This document shows positions 54,760 to 63,636 of a stretch of DNA of 64,000 bases, one piece after another. Position 1 is the stretch's first letter, and every line of letters begins with the position of its first letter. A model generated the notes under the pieces. That model was not told the origin of the DNA. It saw only the letters and a list, made by a program, of their open reading frames with translations, and searched no databases. The position numbers and the translations under genes are program-made. This DNA comes from Clostridiales bacterium (GTDB taxonomy: Bacteria > Bacillota > Clostridia > Christensenellales > Borkfalkiaceae): the NCBI GenBank assembly GCA_015055615.1, contig SVHT01000003.1:59669-123668 (forward strand), in the 5' to 3' direction.

Positions 54760-56166
54760 ATGGCAGGACTTTTGCTGAAAGGCATTAACAAAGTGTACCC
54801 TTCGGGCGTACAAGCAGTATTCAATTTCTGTCTCGATATCAGAGATAAGGAATTCATCGTATTGGTAGGCCCTTCCGGTTGCGGTAAATCTACGACCCTT
54901 CGTATGATCGCAGGTTTGGAAGAAATTTCCAGCGGTGAACTTTACATCGACGGCAGATTGGTAAACGACGTTGTTCCTAAGGACAGAGATATCGCGATGG
55001 TATTCCAGAACTACGCATTGTATCCTCACATGTCCGTATACGACAACATGGCGTTCGGTTTGAAACTTCGTAAAGTACCTAAGGAAATCATCGATCAAAA
55101 GGTTAAGGCGGCGGCTGAAATCCTCGGCATCACCGATTATCTTTCCAGAAAACCCAAGGCATTGTCCGGCGGTCAAAGACAGCGTGTTGCGCTCGGTCGT
55201 ACGATCGTTCGTGAACCTAAGGTATTCTTGCTCGACGAACCTTTGTCCAACTTGGACGCAAAGCTCCGTGCATCGATGAGAACGGAAATTTCCAAATTGC
55301 ACGCACGTTTGGCTACGACGTTCATCTACGTTACCCACGACCAGATCGAAGCTATGACGATGGGTACGAGAATCGTTGTTATGAAAGACGGTTTCATGCA
55401 GCAGGTTGATACCCCGCAGAACCTTTACGATTATCCCGTAAACCTTTTCGTTGCAAGCTTTATCGGTACGCCTCAGATGAACTTCTTCAAGGAATCCACG
55501 CTTTCCAGCGAAGGTGGTAAGATTTACGTAAACTTCAAGGGCAACAACAAAATTCTTTTGCCTCAAAGCATCGCTAGCAGAATTAAGAACGTAGAAGAAT
55601 ATCTCGACACAGACAAGAAGATTACGCTTGGCGTTCGTCCCGAAGATATCCATCAGGATCAGGCGTTCATCGCGCAGTCCCCTGAAACGGTTGTAAAGGC
55701 GCGCGTTGACGTTATCGAAAAACTCGGTGCAGAAACGCAGGTTTATTGCGAAATCGATTACGACGGAAAAGAAGCGTCCATTATCGACAACAGCTCGCAG
55801 ATGATCGCTAAGATTTCCAGCCGTGCTTCGATTGCCCTCAACGACGTTGTAGAACTTGCATTCGACGCAATGCATATCCATATGTTCGACGGCGAAACGG
55901 AAGCTTCCTTGCTTGAAAGAGACGCTGGCTACGAAGTTATCGAAGAAAATGCGGAAGGTTCGGCGTTCGTTCCTCCTACACCGCAGGAAATGCGCGCTCG
56001 TATCGATGCGGCTCGTATCGTAACGAAGGAAATGAAAGCGCAGGCTAGAAAAGACGCTCGTATGGCGAAAGCGCAGGCGAAAGCTGCTGCTGCACAAGCT
56101 GCTGCAACGGAAGAAGAAGCTCCCGTAGAAGAAGCTCCCGTAGAAGAAGAATCGACGGAAGAATAA
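54760..56166 (+). CDS. Sugar ABC transporter ATP-binding protein (MsmX/MalK/UgpC type) with an extended acidic C-terminal tail
   Basis: Walker A GPSGCGKST, signature LSGGQRQR, Walker B FLLDEPLSNLD. About 95 extra residues end in AKAQAKAAAAQAAATEEEAPVEEAPVEEESTEE. Confidence 0.85.
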   Translation: MAGLLLKGINKVYPSGVQAVFNFCLDIRDKEFIVLVGPSGCGKSTTLRMIAGLEEISSGELYIDGRLVNDVVPKDRDIAMVFQNYALYPHMSVYDNMAFGLKLRKVPKEIIDQKVKAAAEILGITDYLSRKPKALSGGQRQRVALGRTIVREPKVFLLDEPLSNLDAKLRASMRTEISKLHARLATTFIYVTHDQIEAMTMGTRIVVMKDGFMQQVDTPQNLYDYPVNLFVASFIGTPQMNFFKESTLSSEGGKIYVNFKGNNKILLPQSIASRIKNVEEYLDTDKKITLGVRPEDIHQDQAFIAQSPETVVKARVDVIEKLGAETQVYCEIDYDGKEASIIDNSSQMIAKISSRASIALNDVVELAFDAMHIHMFDGETEASLLERDAGYEVIEENAEGSAFVPPTPQEMRARIDAARIVTKEMKAQARKDARMAKAQAKAAAAQAAATEEEAPVEEAPVEEESTEE

Positions 56167-56180
56167 TTTCCAAATAAAAC

Positions 56181-56218
56181 AAAAAAGACGCACTCGTTGA
56201 AAGACGGGTGCGTTTTTG
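56181..56218. terminator. Bidirectional terminator between the ABC ATPase and XRE genes
   Basis: 9-bp stem ACGCACTCG / CGGGTGCGT, flanked by an A-run and a T-run. Confidence 0.6.
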
Positions 56219-56243
56219 CATAAGATAAATGGTTTGGTCGATG

Positions 56244-56462
56244 TCAAAATCGGAGGGTGTTTTCTTCTAATAAATATTCTACAGATACGTCAAAATAATG
56301 TGCAATCATAAGCAAGGTATCTAAATCGGGTTCGCGACTACCCAATTCCCAAAAACTGACGGTTTGATTGCATACGTTAAAGATTTCCCCAAATTTCCGT
56401 TGCGATAACCCTTTTTCCGTGCGTAATTCCTTTAGTCGTTTTCCAAAAATATTGTTTTTCAT
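56244..56462 (-). CDS. XRE-family helix-turn-helix transcriptional regulator (72 aa)
   Basis: GKRLKELRTEKGLSQRKFGEIFNVCNQTVSFWELG is a canonical HTH_XRE. Confidence 0.8.
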   Translation of the reverse strand: MKNNIFGKRLKELRTEKGLSQRKFGEIFNVCNQTVSFWELGSREPDLDTLLMIAHYFDVSVEYLLEENTLRF

Positions 56463-56474
56463 AAAATTATTTTA

Positions 56475-56524
56475 CTACAAAATGTAGGATATTGCTTGAC
56501 TTCCTACAAAATGTAGGATATAAT
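56475..56524. promoter_or_regulatory. Twin operator palindromes overlapping a sigma-A promoter
   Basis: CTACAAAATGTAG at 56475-56487 and CCTACAAAATGTAGG at 56503-56517. The second fills the spacer of TTGACT (56496-56501), 17 nt, TATAAT (56519-56524). Confidence 0.6.
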
Positions 56525-56554
56525 ATAGATACTAAATTTTTTGGAGGTGCATTT

Positions 56555-57085
56555 ATGCAAAAGGTAAAAAAGATACTGCCCTTTATTGCGGCAGGGTTAG
56601 CGTTGCTGGCAGTTATTTTCTTGGCACTGCCAGCAGGTGAATGGATTTTCGAAGATGGCGAAGGGATAAAATTTAGAGGGTTTGCTCTTATTTTTGGGGG
56701 CAAGCTGATATGGGTAGAAGGTACTTATACCTCTACAGAACCTTATTTTGCTTTTTCCTTTGTCAATTTCCTTAGTTTCTTATTTGTAATCGCTGGTATG
56801 GCTTTTGCTATTGCTGGTGTAATGACGAAAAAGAAAGCTTTCGCTTTTGTTGCCGCGGGATTGTTTTTGGTTGCCACTATTTTCTTCTTTTGTTTGATTC
56901 GTGGAGTTGCCTTTGATAAAACAGCCGAAGCATTTGAAGGTTATACGCAGGCGGAATTAAATATGGAAAGGGCATTGTTTATAGAAGCGTGCGACCTGGG
57001 CGTAGGTGCGATTTTGCCTGCAATCTGTTCTCTTCTTGCGGGGGTGGCGGTTTTAGTGCCTGCATTTATCCCAGACGAAAAGTAA
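56555..57085 (+). CDS. Hypothetical membrane protein (176 aa, about four TM helices)
   Basis: GGAGGTG RBS before the ATG at 56555. Hydrophobic helices throughout. No family recognised. Confidence 0.55.
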   Translation: MQKVKKILPFIAAGLALLAVIFLALPAGEWIFEDGEGIKFRGFALIFGGKLIWVEGTYTSTEPYFAFSFVNFLSFLFVIAGMAFAIAGVMTKKKAFAFVAAGLFLVATIFFFCLIRGVAFDKTAEAFEGYTQAELNMERALFIEACDLGVGAILPAICSLLAGVAVLVPAFIPDEK

Positions 57086-57104
57086 AATTATCTCTATGAT
57101 ATGG

Positions 57105-57133
57105 AAAGACACTCTCAAAAGAGGGTGTTTTTC
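57105..57133. terminator. Terminator between the membrane protein gene and spoIIE
   Basis: 8-bp stem ACACTCTC / GAGGGTGT with loop AAAA, then TTTTTC. Confidence 0.55.
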
Positions 57134-57144
57134 TATGCCCAAAA

Positions 57145-59454
57145 TCAGGCGGCGCGCGGTTTAAACAGCCGCACGGCAAGCGCCGTCATATCGTCTTTGG
57201 CTTTGCCGCCATAGGCGCGTAAAGCGCTTTCTAATAGACAGTCGGCAAGCTCTTGCGGATTGTTGGTCGGCAAAGAACGCAATACTTCGTACAAATCGGA
57301 CGCCGAGCCGAACGCATCGGTGATTCCGTCGCTTAAAAAGAGCAATACGTCGTTTTCTTGCAATGGATATCTTGCCGTATCGGGGTGCAATGCGTCGAGT
57401 ATGCCCATAGGCAAGGAGCGTGTTTCCAATACTTTTACCGTGTTGCCCGATAGGATAAAGCCGAGGGGCGAGCCGATTTTGATAACGTCCGCAATGCCGT
57501 CGCCAAGGTCCACGATTGCGATATCCACGCAGGCGAACCGCTCTTCTTTGTTAAAGGTAAGCAGGCGATTGACAGCGTTCAGCACGAGGGAAGAGGGCAT
57601 TTTTGCCCGATAAAAGCTTTCAAGGAGCGAAATGGTACTCTCGGAAACCCGCCTTGCATATTCGCCGCTGCCCATGCCGTCGGAAAGGGCGACCATGAAC
57701 TTCTTTTCGTCGATTTTGATAACGGAGTGGGTATCGCCACAGACGGTTTCGCCCGATTTTTTACGGCTTGCCACCCCAAACGCCGCGTCAAAATTCGGTT
57801 TTTTGCGCAGGATACAGCAAAATTTTTCATTTGCCAACGCAATACGCTCGGAAATAATCATATCCGTTTGAAAGACGTGAGACGCCACGTTGGCAATCGT
57901 AATAACGTCCGCTTTACCAAAGGTAATAAGGGAAAGGGTCGGATTATCTTCCTCGCCGTAGATTAAAATCTCGCTGCAAATGATGCCCACGTTTAGCATA
58001 GCGTTAGACAGAGCGCGTTCACGCTCGGTATATAGGCGCAAGGGCTCGCTTTGTTCCAAGGCAAGGTTTTTCAAAATCTCGCTCACGCCCAAGGCTTGGG
58101 TTGCGAGTAGGTTTCGCCCCGCGGCGGCGTTTTCCGCTTCCAAACGATAGCGTTTGTATTCGGTGATTTGCCGATTTAGCGCGTAGAGAATACCGCTCTG
58201 GTTTACGCAGAGTTCGCCAAGGGCGCGCGGGATATCAATCAGGCTGGTTTTGCCTTTCAAACAGCCGACTTCGATGAGGCGGTCTATGTATTGTTCGGCG
58301 TTTTTGGCTTGGCAGACGGCGTAATTTTGACAGCGCCGACACACGCTTTCCACGACGGAATTGCGCATATACCCCTTTGCGCTTGCATCTGCGTCGTGAT
58401 TACCAAGCGCGATAAAGGTGCTCTGTATTTCACGGAAAACCGCCGAAATTTCAAAGAGCTTTTCGCCGATTGCCGCGCGGTTGCGGTTGATGGCGATACG
58501 CGTTAGGTGTTTTTCACGGTAAAAAATCAGCTTGTTTTCTAATTCGCGCACAATGGCAGAGGGAATTAACACGAAGATTAGGGCGGGCAGTACGGCGGAG
58601 AGTACCGATTGTACCAAAAGGTGGGTGGGGTAGGCGTACAGACCTTCAAAATATCCGTACCCGAAAAAGACGAGCAAAGCCGCGCAAGCGGTGGCAAGTC
58701 TGCCCGATTTTGCAAACAGAGAAATAGCCGCGCCAAGCAGAAAAAACTTGGCAAAAGATTCGCCCGCTGTGAAGAGGGGCGGTAGGGCAAGGGTGAACGC
58801 GCAAAGCATTACCGAGGCGTCTTTTGTGACGGCAGAAAAGAGCAACAAAACGAAAAGCGCCGTACCCATGTACGCGTTCACGCCCAAAAATCGGCAAAGC
58901 CCGATGCCAATCATCACGAAGAAAAACAGCAGAAAAACGAGTTCGTCGCCACGCAGTCGGTATTTTAAAACCTTACGGAATAATGCTTTTAGAGCGACCG
59001 AAAAGATACTTGCGATTAAAAAAAGAACCGCCGCAATTACCGTTTTTTGCGTGAGCGCGTCGGTGTTTTGCGTAAAGGAAAAGGGCGTTACGTACAGTTG
59101 AAAGGGCGAAAACGCCACGAATAAACCAAAGCCCAACACCAAGAAAAGTAGGGGGAAAACGGGGGATTTTTTAAAATCGGCGCGTCGTAACCGTTCTTGC
59201 AGAAAAAATCCAAACCACAGCAAAATGCTTTGCGCCAAGGCAAGCAATACGGATAGAACGTTTCCGCTAAACAGCGCGGGAAAAAATCCGATGATAACGG
59301 ACACGGTAGGGGGGATTCCCACGCTCGCCGTAGCATAGGCAAGGGCAAGGGGCAAGGGTTCGCCGTTGTCCCCGATAAAATACAAAAACAAGCTCGCTAA
59401 CGCAAGCAAAGTATAGATGGTGCATTTGGAAAAATCAATACGTCTTTGTTGCAT
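57145..59454 (-). CDS. spoIIE: Stage II sporulation protein E (membrane PP2C phosphatase)
   Basis: About ten N-terminal TM helices, a central regulatory region and a C-terminal PP2C domain (GDTH, LSDGMGSG, LSDGITDA, DDMTALAV). Confidence 0.85.
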   Translation of the reverse strand: MQQRRIDFSKCTIYTLLALASLFLYFIGDNGEPLPLALAYATASVGIPPTVSVIIGFFPALFSGNVLSVLLALAQSILLWFGFFLQERLRRADFKKSPVFPLLFLVLGFGLFVAFSPFQLYVTPFSFTQNTDALTQKTVIAAVLFLIASIFSVALKALFRKVLKYRLRGDELVFLLFFFVMIGIGLCRFLGVNAYMGTALFVLLLFSAVTKDASVMLCAFTLALPPLFTAGESFAKFFLLGAAISLFAKSGRLATACAALLVFFGYGYFEGLYAYPTHLLVQSVLSAVLPALIFVLIPSAIVRELENKLIFYREKHLTRIAINRNRAAIGEKLFEISAVFREIQSTFIALGNHDADASAKGYMRNSVVESVCRRCQNYAVCQAKNAEQYIDRLIEVGCLKGKTSLIDIPRALGELCVNQSGILYALNRQITEYKRYRLEAENAAAGRNLLATQALGVSEILKNLALEQSEPLRLYTERERALSNAMLNVGIICSEILIYGEEDNPTLSLITFGKADVITIANVASHVFQTDMIISERIALANEKFCCILRKKPNFDAAFGVASRKKSGETVCGDTHSVIKIDEKKFMVALSDGMGSGEYARRVSESTISLLESFYRAKMPSSLVLNAVNRLLTFNKEERFACVDIAIVDLGDGIADVIKIGSPLGFILSGNTVKVLETRSLPMGILDALHPDTARYPLQENDVLLFLSDGITDAFGSASDLYEVLRSLPTNNPQELADCLLESALRAYGGKAKDDMTALAVRLFKPRAA

Positions 59455-59536
59455 AAAAAAACTCCGCAGATAACGTTTCCATTATTATACGGAAAGGAAA
59501 GCTGTGGAGATTGTTATATTTTGTCACATTTTTTCT

Positions 59537-59884
59537 TTAATTGACGGGAAATCCGAGGCTGATTAAAATGGCGCGGTTTACCCGTACCATAGTGGCGGGT
59601 GGCAATTCCCCAATGCGTTCTTTCAGACGGCGCTTATCCAAGGTGCGTATTTGCTCCAATAAAATAACGCTGTCTTTTGCCAGCCCGTACGCCGAGGGCA
59701 ATTCGATGTGCGTGGGGAGTTTCGCTTTGTTGATTTTGCTGGTAACGGCGGCGGCGATAATCGTGGGGGAATATTTGTTTCCAATATCGTTTTGCACAAC
59801 GAGAACGGGGCGTATGCCCCCCTGTTCGCTCCCCACGACGGGGGATAAATCCGCATAATACAATTCTCCGCGTTTTACGTTCAT
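59537..59884 (-). CDS. mazF: MazF/PemK-family endoribonuclease toxin
   Basis: [30 protein letters not shown]...PTHIE...[17 protein letters not shown] is almost a textbook MazF/EndoA. AGAGGT RBS. Confidence 0.9.
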   Translation of the reverse strand: MNVKRGELYYADLSPVVGSEQGGIRPVLVVQNDIGNKYSPTIIAAAVTSKINKAKLPTHIELPSAYGLAKDSVILLEQIRTLDKRRLKERIGELPPATMVRVNRAILISLGFPVN

Positions 59885-59999
59885 AACTTACCTCTTTTGT
59901 AAACGGAAAGCTCCCTTACCACAATATATGTAAAAGGCGTCTTTTTCGTTCCGCTTACAAGGTAAGTATATCCCGTTTGCACGCAGAATATACCCCGCG

Positions 60000-60036
60000 A
60001 AAAAAACCCCCGAAACGGAAGATACCGCTCGGGGGG
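60000..60036 (-). terminator. Terminator after pgi
   Basis: Minus strand: CCCCCGA...TCGGGGG stem followed by TTTTTTT. It separates pgi from mazF. Confidence 0.65.
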
Positions 60037-60051
60037 AATTTTGCTTTTTCG

Positions 60052-61485
60052 TTAGATAATGCAGTTGGGATCTTTTGCGGGAAGAGAATCAAGCTCTTCC
60101 TTTTTCGCCGAATAGCCCGCTTTGCCAAGGAGCGCAAACGTCGCCTTTTTGCCCTCTTCAACGCCCGGTTGATTGAAGGTGTTGATGTTCAGCATTGCGC
60201 CTGCGTATGCCGTCTGCAATTCAAACAGGAACAAAAGCTGACCAAGGGTGAACGCGTTGAGTTCGGGAATCCACAGCGTGTAGTTCATTCTGCCCGCCTT
60301 CGTCAGCGCGTACGCCGTCGCTGCGTTTTCCGCCTGGATAAGCTCTTCCATGGTATGCCCGCCGAGGAACGCCACGTCGGGGATATTTTCGCAACCGTGG
60401 GGGATAGGCATTTCGCAACCGTATTTTTTGAGGGAAAGGAAGGTTACCACTTTATCGAAAGGACCTTCGGTGTAGAGCTGTACCTGCGAGTGCTGGTCGG
60501 TCGCGCCGAGCGCCTTGACGGGGGTCTGTCCGTAGTTGCAAGGCTTGCCGTCCAAGGTAACGTTTTTACCGAGGGATTCTGCCCAAAGTTGGCAATACCA
60601 ATCGGCAAGGAATTTCAAGTTGTCGGAGTAGGGCATCATAACGCCGACGTTTTTGCCTTGGTCCATTGCCGCCACCTGCAAAACCGCGCTCATCAAGGCG
60701 GGGTTGTGGCGCATAGCGGGTTTGTTGCAGATGCTGTCCATATACGCCGCGCCTGCAAGCAAACCGACGATGTCGATGCCGAGTACCGCCGCGGGCAACA
60801 AGCCTACGGGGCAAAGTTGCGAGAATCTACCGCCAACGCCGTCGGGGAGGATATAGCTCTTAATACCGCCGTTTTCGTCGGAAATCTTTTTGAGGTTGCC
60901 TTTCTTTTCGTCCGTCGTAAAGATAACGTTATCCTTTACGTTGACGCCCGCCTTGGTCAAAAGGTCGAGGATGATGAGGTATTGCGTCATCGTTTCGCTG
61001 GTTGCGCCCGATTTTGAAATGACGTTAAAGCAAGTCTTTTCGGGTTCGATTACGTCCAGCAAATCGCGCATACGCACGGGGTCTACGTTGTCTTCCACGT
61101 AGAATTTCGGGCCCTTTCTCTTGGATTTGGGCAAATCGTTATAATGCAAATGGCAGAGCGCGTTGAACGCCATGATAGGGCCGAGGGCGCTGCCACCGAT
61201 ACCGAGTACGACAAAATATTGGAATTTACGTCTAACGTCTTTCGCCGTTTTCAAGATATCCGCAACGATTTCTTTTTGGTTGTAGGGGAGCTCCGTCCAA
61301 CCCATATACAGTTCGTCCTTGCCACGGTTTTCCTTTACGTATTTAAACGCTGCGTTGGCTTTGGATGCATAGGACGAAAGTTGCTTGTCGGTAAAGCCCT
61401 TGTCGCCCAAAAATTTTTCAGTCATATTGTTGTAGTCGAGCGTAACGCGCATGGAATTACGCCAATCTCTGGTTTTGTAGCCCAT
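60052..61485 (-). CDS. pgi: Glucose-6-phosphate isomerase
   Basis: VVLGIGGSALGP, SKSGATSET and the Firmicute-type short PGI pattern. AAGGAG RBS 6 nt before the ATG. Confidence 0.9.
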   Translation of the reverse strand: MGYKTRDWRNSMRVTLDYNNMTEKFLGDKGFTDKQLSSYASKANAAFKYVKENRGKDELYMGWTELPYNQKEIVADILKTAKDVRRKFQYFVVLGIGGSALGPIMAFNALCHLHYNDLPKSKRKGPKFYVEDNVDPVRMRDLLDVIEPEKTCFNVISKSGATSETMTQYLIILDLLTKAGVNVKDNVIFTTDEKKGNLKKISDENGGIKSYILPDGVGGRFSQLCPVGLLPAAVLGIDIVGLLAGAAYMDSICNKPAMRHNPALMSAVLQVAAMDQGKNVGVMMPYSDNLKFLADWYCQLWAESLGKNVTLDGKPCNYGQTPVKALGATDQHSQVQLYTEGPFDKVVTFLSLKKYGCEMPIPHGCENIPDVAFLGGHTMEELIQAENAATAYALTKAGRMNYTLWIPELNAFTLGQLLFLFELQTAYAGAMLNINTFNQPGVEEGKKATFALLGKAGYSAKKEELDSLPAKDPNCII

Positions 61486-61516
61486 AAAAATCTCCTTACA
61501 ATTTATTTACCTTTTT

Positions 61517-61545
61517 ATTGTACTCTTTCTTGGATACAATGTCAA
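61517..61545 (-). promoter_or_regulatory. Sigma-A type promoter of pgi
   Basis: Minus strand: TTGACA, 17-nt spacer, TACAAT. Confidence 0.6.
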
Positions 61546-61631
61546 GGGCGCAGGAAAAATTTTTTAGGCGAAAATGGTAAAAAATCGGCAAAAATGACAA
61601 AAAAACCGCAAAAAGTCCTCGTTTTACAAAG

Positions 61632-63155
61632 TTACAGCTTTTGTCGCTTTGCTTTGCGGTGAAAGCGAATTCGTTTTAGGGGGATATATCCAAGGACAAA
61701 ATACAGCGTCGTCGTTGCCAAGGTCAGCGTGATTGCCGTTATAAATACCGCAAAAAACTCCCCTAAAAAGAGCTTGAAAAGGCGGTTGCATAACAAACCG
61801 AGCGCCGAAAAGGGCAAAATCGCGAACAAGGGAATAAGAAGGGGGTGACTTGTTGTTTTCTCGTCTTTTGCAGAGAGAAAGCCTTTTTTGTGTAGGAAAG
61901 ATAGATTGCACGCCGCCGTGACCACGTAGCTTGCGCTTAGCCCGATGATAAAGGCGTACGCGCCACAGAATTTCGGCAAAATTAAAATACTGAGCAGTAA
62001 CGCCGCCGCCCCGAAAAAGAAGAATAAAAAGGTCTGTTTTTCAAAGCCCATGGAATTGAGCATAGACGTGGAAATCATAGTCAGGCTCATCGGCAGGAGC
62101 ATAAGACAGCCCTTGCGAATCATTTCGCCTGCAAGAGGGTTGGAAAACGCCAATCTCCCCACGTCTCCGCCCAAAGCGAAGAAAAAGGGTATCAAAACGC
62201 AAGCGACGAGTACGGAAAAACGCAAACCGCGCTCCAAATTTACCTGCAAACGCTCGGTGTTGCCACGGTAGTAATCCTCGGAGAGCTCGGGCACCAATAC
62301 GAGCGCAATCGAGCCGATAATGGTGGACGGGATAAACAAAACGGGCAACACCATACCCGAAACGACGCCGAAAAGTTTCATCGCCGTCGAGGAATCCGCT
62401 CCCGCGCGCATCAGCATAATCGGCAACAAAATCGCCACTGCAGAGTTGACGAGCGAACCGCTTGCGCGGACGGACGTGATGGGCAAGGCGGAGGTTATTA
62501 AGGGTTTTAGCGCGCCTTTCGGCTTTGCGAGTTTTCCGCCTTTGATAAGAAAATAGACGAGGGAGGCAGTAAAGGAAAACAGATAGGAAAGGACGACTGA
62601 CCAAGCGGCTTTTTGCGCGCCGACAAGGGGGGACGGTACGCGTCTAAGCAGTAAAACGCCTGCAATCACCATGACGCTTTCTTCGGCGATTTCCATGATA
62701 GACGGCGCGAAGAATTGCTTGTTTCCCCAAAAATGCCCGCGGATAACGGCGTACACGGACGAGAACGTCAAACCGAGCAATAAAATGCGGAAAACGCTAA
62801 ACGCGCGCCCATCTGAAAACAAAAAGGAAAACTTGCCCCCGAACAAGCCCAAAACCAAGCAAAAAGGCAGGGTTAAAAGCAGGCAAGCAACAATGCCCGC
62901 GCTGACGGCGCGCCGTTCGCTTGGCGTATCGTTTTCCGCTTTGCTTTTGGAAATCATTCTCGATACGGTGATGGGGATTCCGCCCGAACCGACTACGGCA
63001 AAAACTCCGAACAAGGACAGAGCGATTTGGTACAAGCCTAACCCCTCCGCGCCCAAAAGGCGGGACAAAACGATGCGGTATAAAAAGCCGAGAAAGCGTT
63101 CGGCGACGGACAGCCCCGTGACGAGCGAGGCGCTAACAATCACTTTGTTTTTCAT
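61632..63155 (-). CDS. spoVB: MOP-superfamily flippase (stage V sporulation protein B / MurJ-like)
   Basis: 14-TM-type protein with N-terminus ...ERFLGFLYRIVLSRLLGAEGLGLYQ... typical of SpoVB. Start taken at the ATG at 63155. Confidence 0.7.
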   Translation of the reverse strand: MKNKVIVSASLVTGLSVAERFLGFLYRIVLSRLLGAEGLGLYQIALSLFGVFAVVGSGGIPITVSRMISKSKAENDTPSERRAVSAGIVACLLLTLPFCLVLGLFGGKFSFLFSDGRAFSVFRILLLGLTFSSVYAVIRGHFWGNKQFFAPSIMEIAEESVMVIAGVLLLRRVPSPLVGAQKAAWSVVLSYLFSFTASLVYFLIKGGKLAKPKGALKPLITSALPITSVRASGSLVNSAVAILLPIMLMRAGADSSTAMKLFGVVSGMVLPVLFIPSTIIGSIALVLVPELSEDYYRGNTERLQVNLERGLRFSVLVACVLIPFFFALGGDVGRLAFSNPLAGEMIRKGCLMLLPMSLTMISTSMLNSMGFEKQTFLFFFFGAAALLLSILILPKFCGAYAFIIGLSASYVVTAACNLSFLHKKGFLSAKDEKTTSHPLLIPLFAILPFSALGLLCNRLFKLFLGEFFAVFITAITLTLATTTLYFVLGYIPLKRIRFHRKAKRQKL

Positions 63156-63238
63156 AATTTTATTGTACGAGCCACGCGCGTGAAATAGAACGAAAACATC
63201 GGGCATTTTACGACGGCTCAGCGCATATATTGATAGCG

Positions 63239-63520
63239 ATGTTAAAGCTGAAACGGACAAAATTATATACGGTGAAAAGGGGACAGAGCTTGGAAGAAAT
63301 CGCGGGGGTATTTTCGGTGTCGGCGTGGTTGCTTGTAAAAGAAAACGGCTTGACGGAGCAACCCTTTGCAGGGCAGATTTTGCGTATACCCAGCGAGGTA
63401 GGCAACGAGTACACGGTGCAAGCGGGGGATACCAAAGCTCTGCTTTGCGGGAGCGAAGAAGAGTATCGGCGAAAAAACGGCACGGACGTGTTTTATATCG
63501 GTATGCGCGTGCGGATATAA
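63239..63520 (+). CDS. LysM domain protein (two LysM-like units)
   Basis: YTVKRGQSLEEIAGVFSVSAWLLVKENGL and YTVQAGDTKALL... The RBS is weak and the start uncertain (TTG at 63230 or ATG at 63239). Confidence 0.5.
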   Translation: MLKLKRTKLYTVKRGQSLEEIAGVFSVSAWLLVKENGLTEQPFAGQILRIPSEVGNEYTVQAGDTKALLCGSEEEYRRKNGTDVFYIGMRVRI

Positions 63521-63636
63521 GGCAATGAACACTTAACGCCCGCGTGGAATAAAATATAATAGTAATCTAAACGTAAGCGAGCAAAAACGGCGCAGAGAGC
63601 AAACGGCGTTTTTTGTTTCGTAACAGGAGGTATACC

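Noticed and set aside
54421-56247. 608-aa minus-strand ORF antisense to the ABC ATPase and the phosphoglucomutase 3' end
   Set aside because: The plus strand has Walker A/B and ABC signature motifs. The antisense translation is a low-complexity artefact.
59455-59536. Spo0A box or promoter for spoIIE
   Set aside because: A TATAAT box is present on the minus strand, but there is no convincing -35 box or TGTCGAA 0A box. Left uncalled.
59881-59982. 33-codon GTG ORF overlapping the mazF start, as an antitoxin
   Set aside because: It has no RBS, a non-ATG start and no resemblance to MazE/RHH/AbrB folds, and it is far shorter than known MazE proteins. It is kept only as a test suggestion in the mazF finding.
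59977-61017. 346-aa plus-strand ORF antisense to pgi
   Set aside because: The pgi frame on the minus strand is clearly real (SIS-domain motifs, RBS, promoter, terminator).
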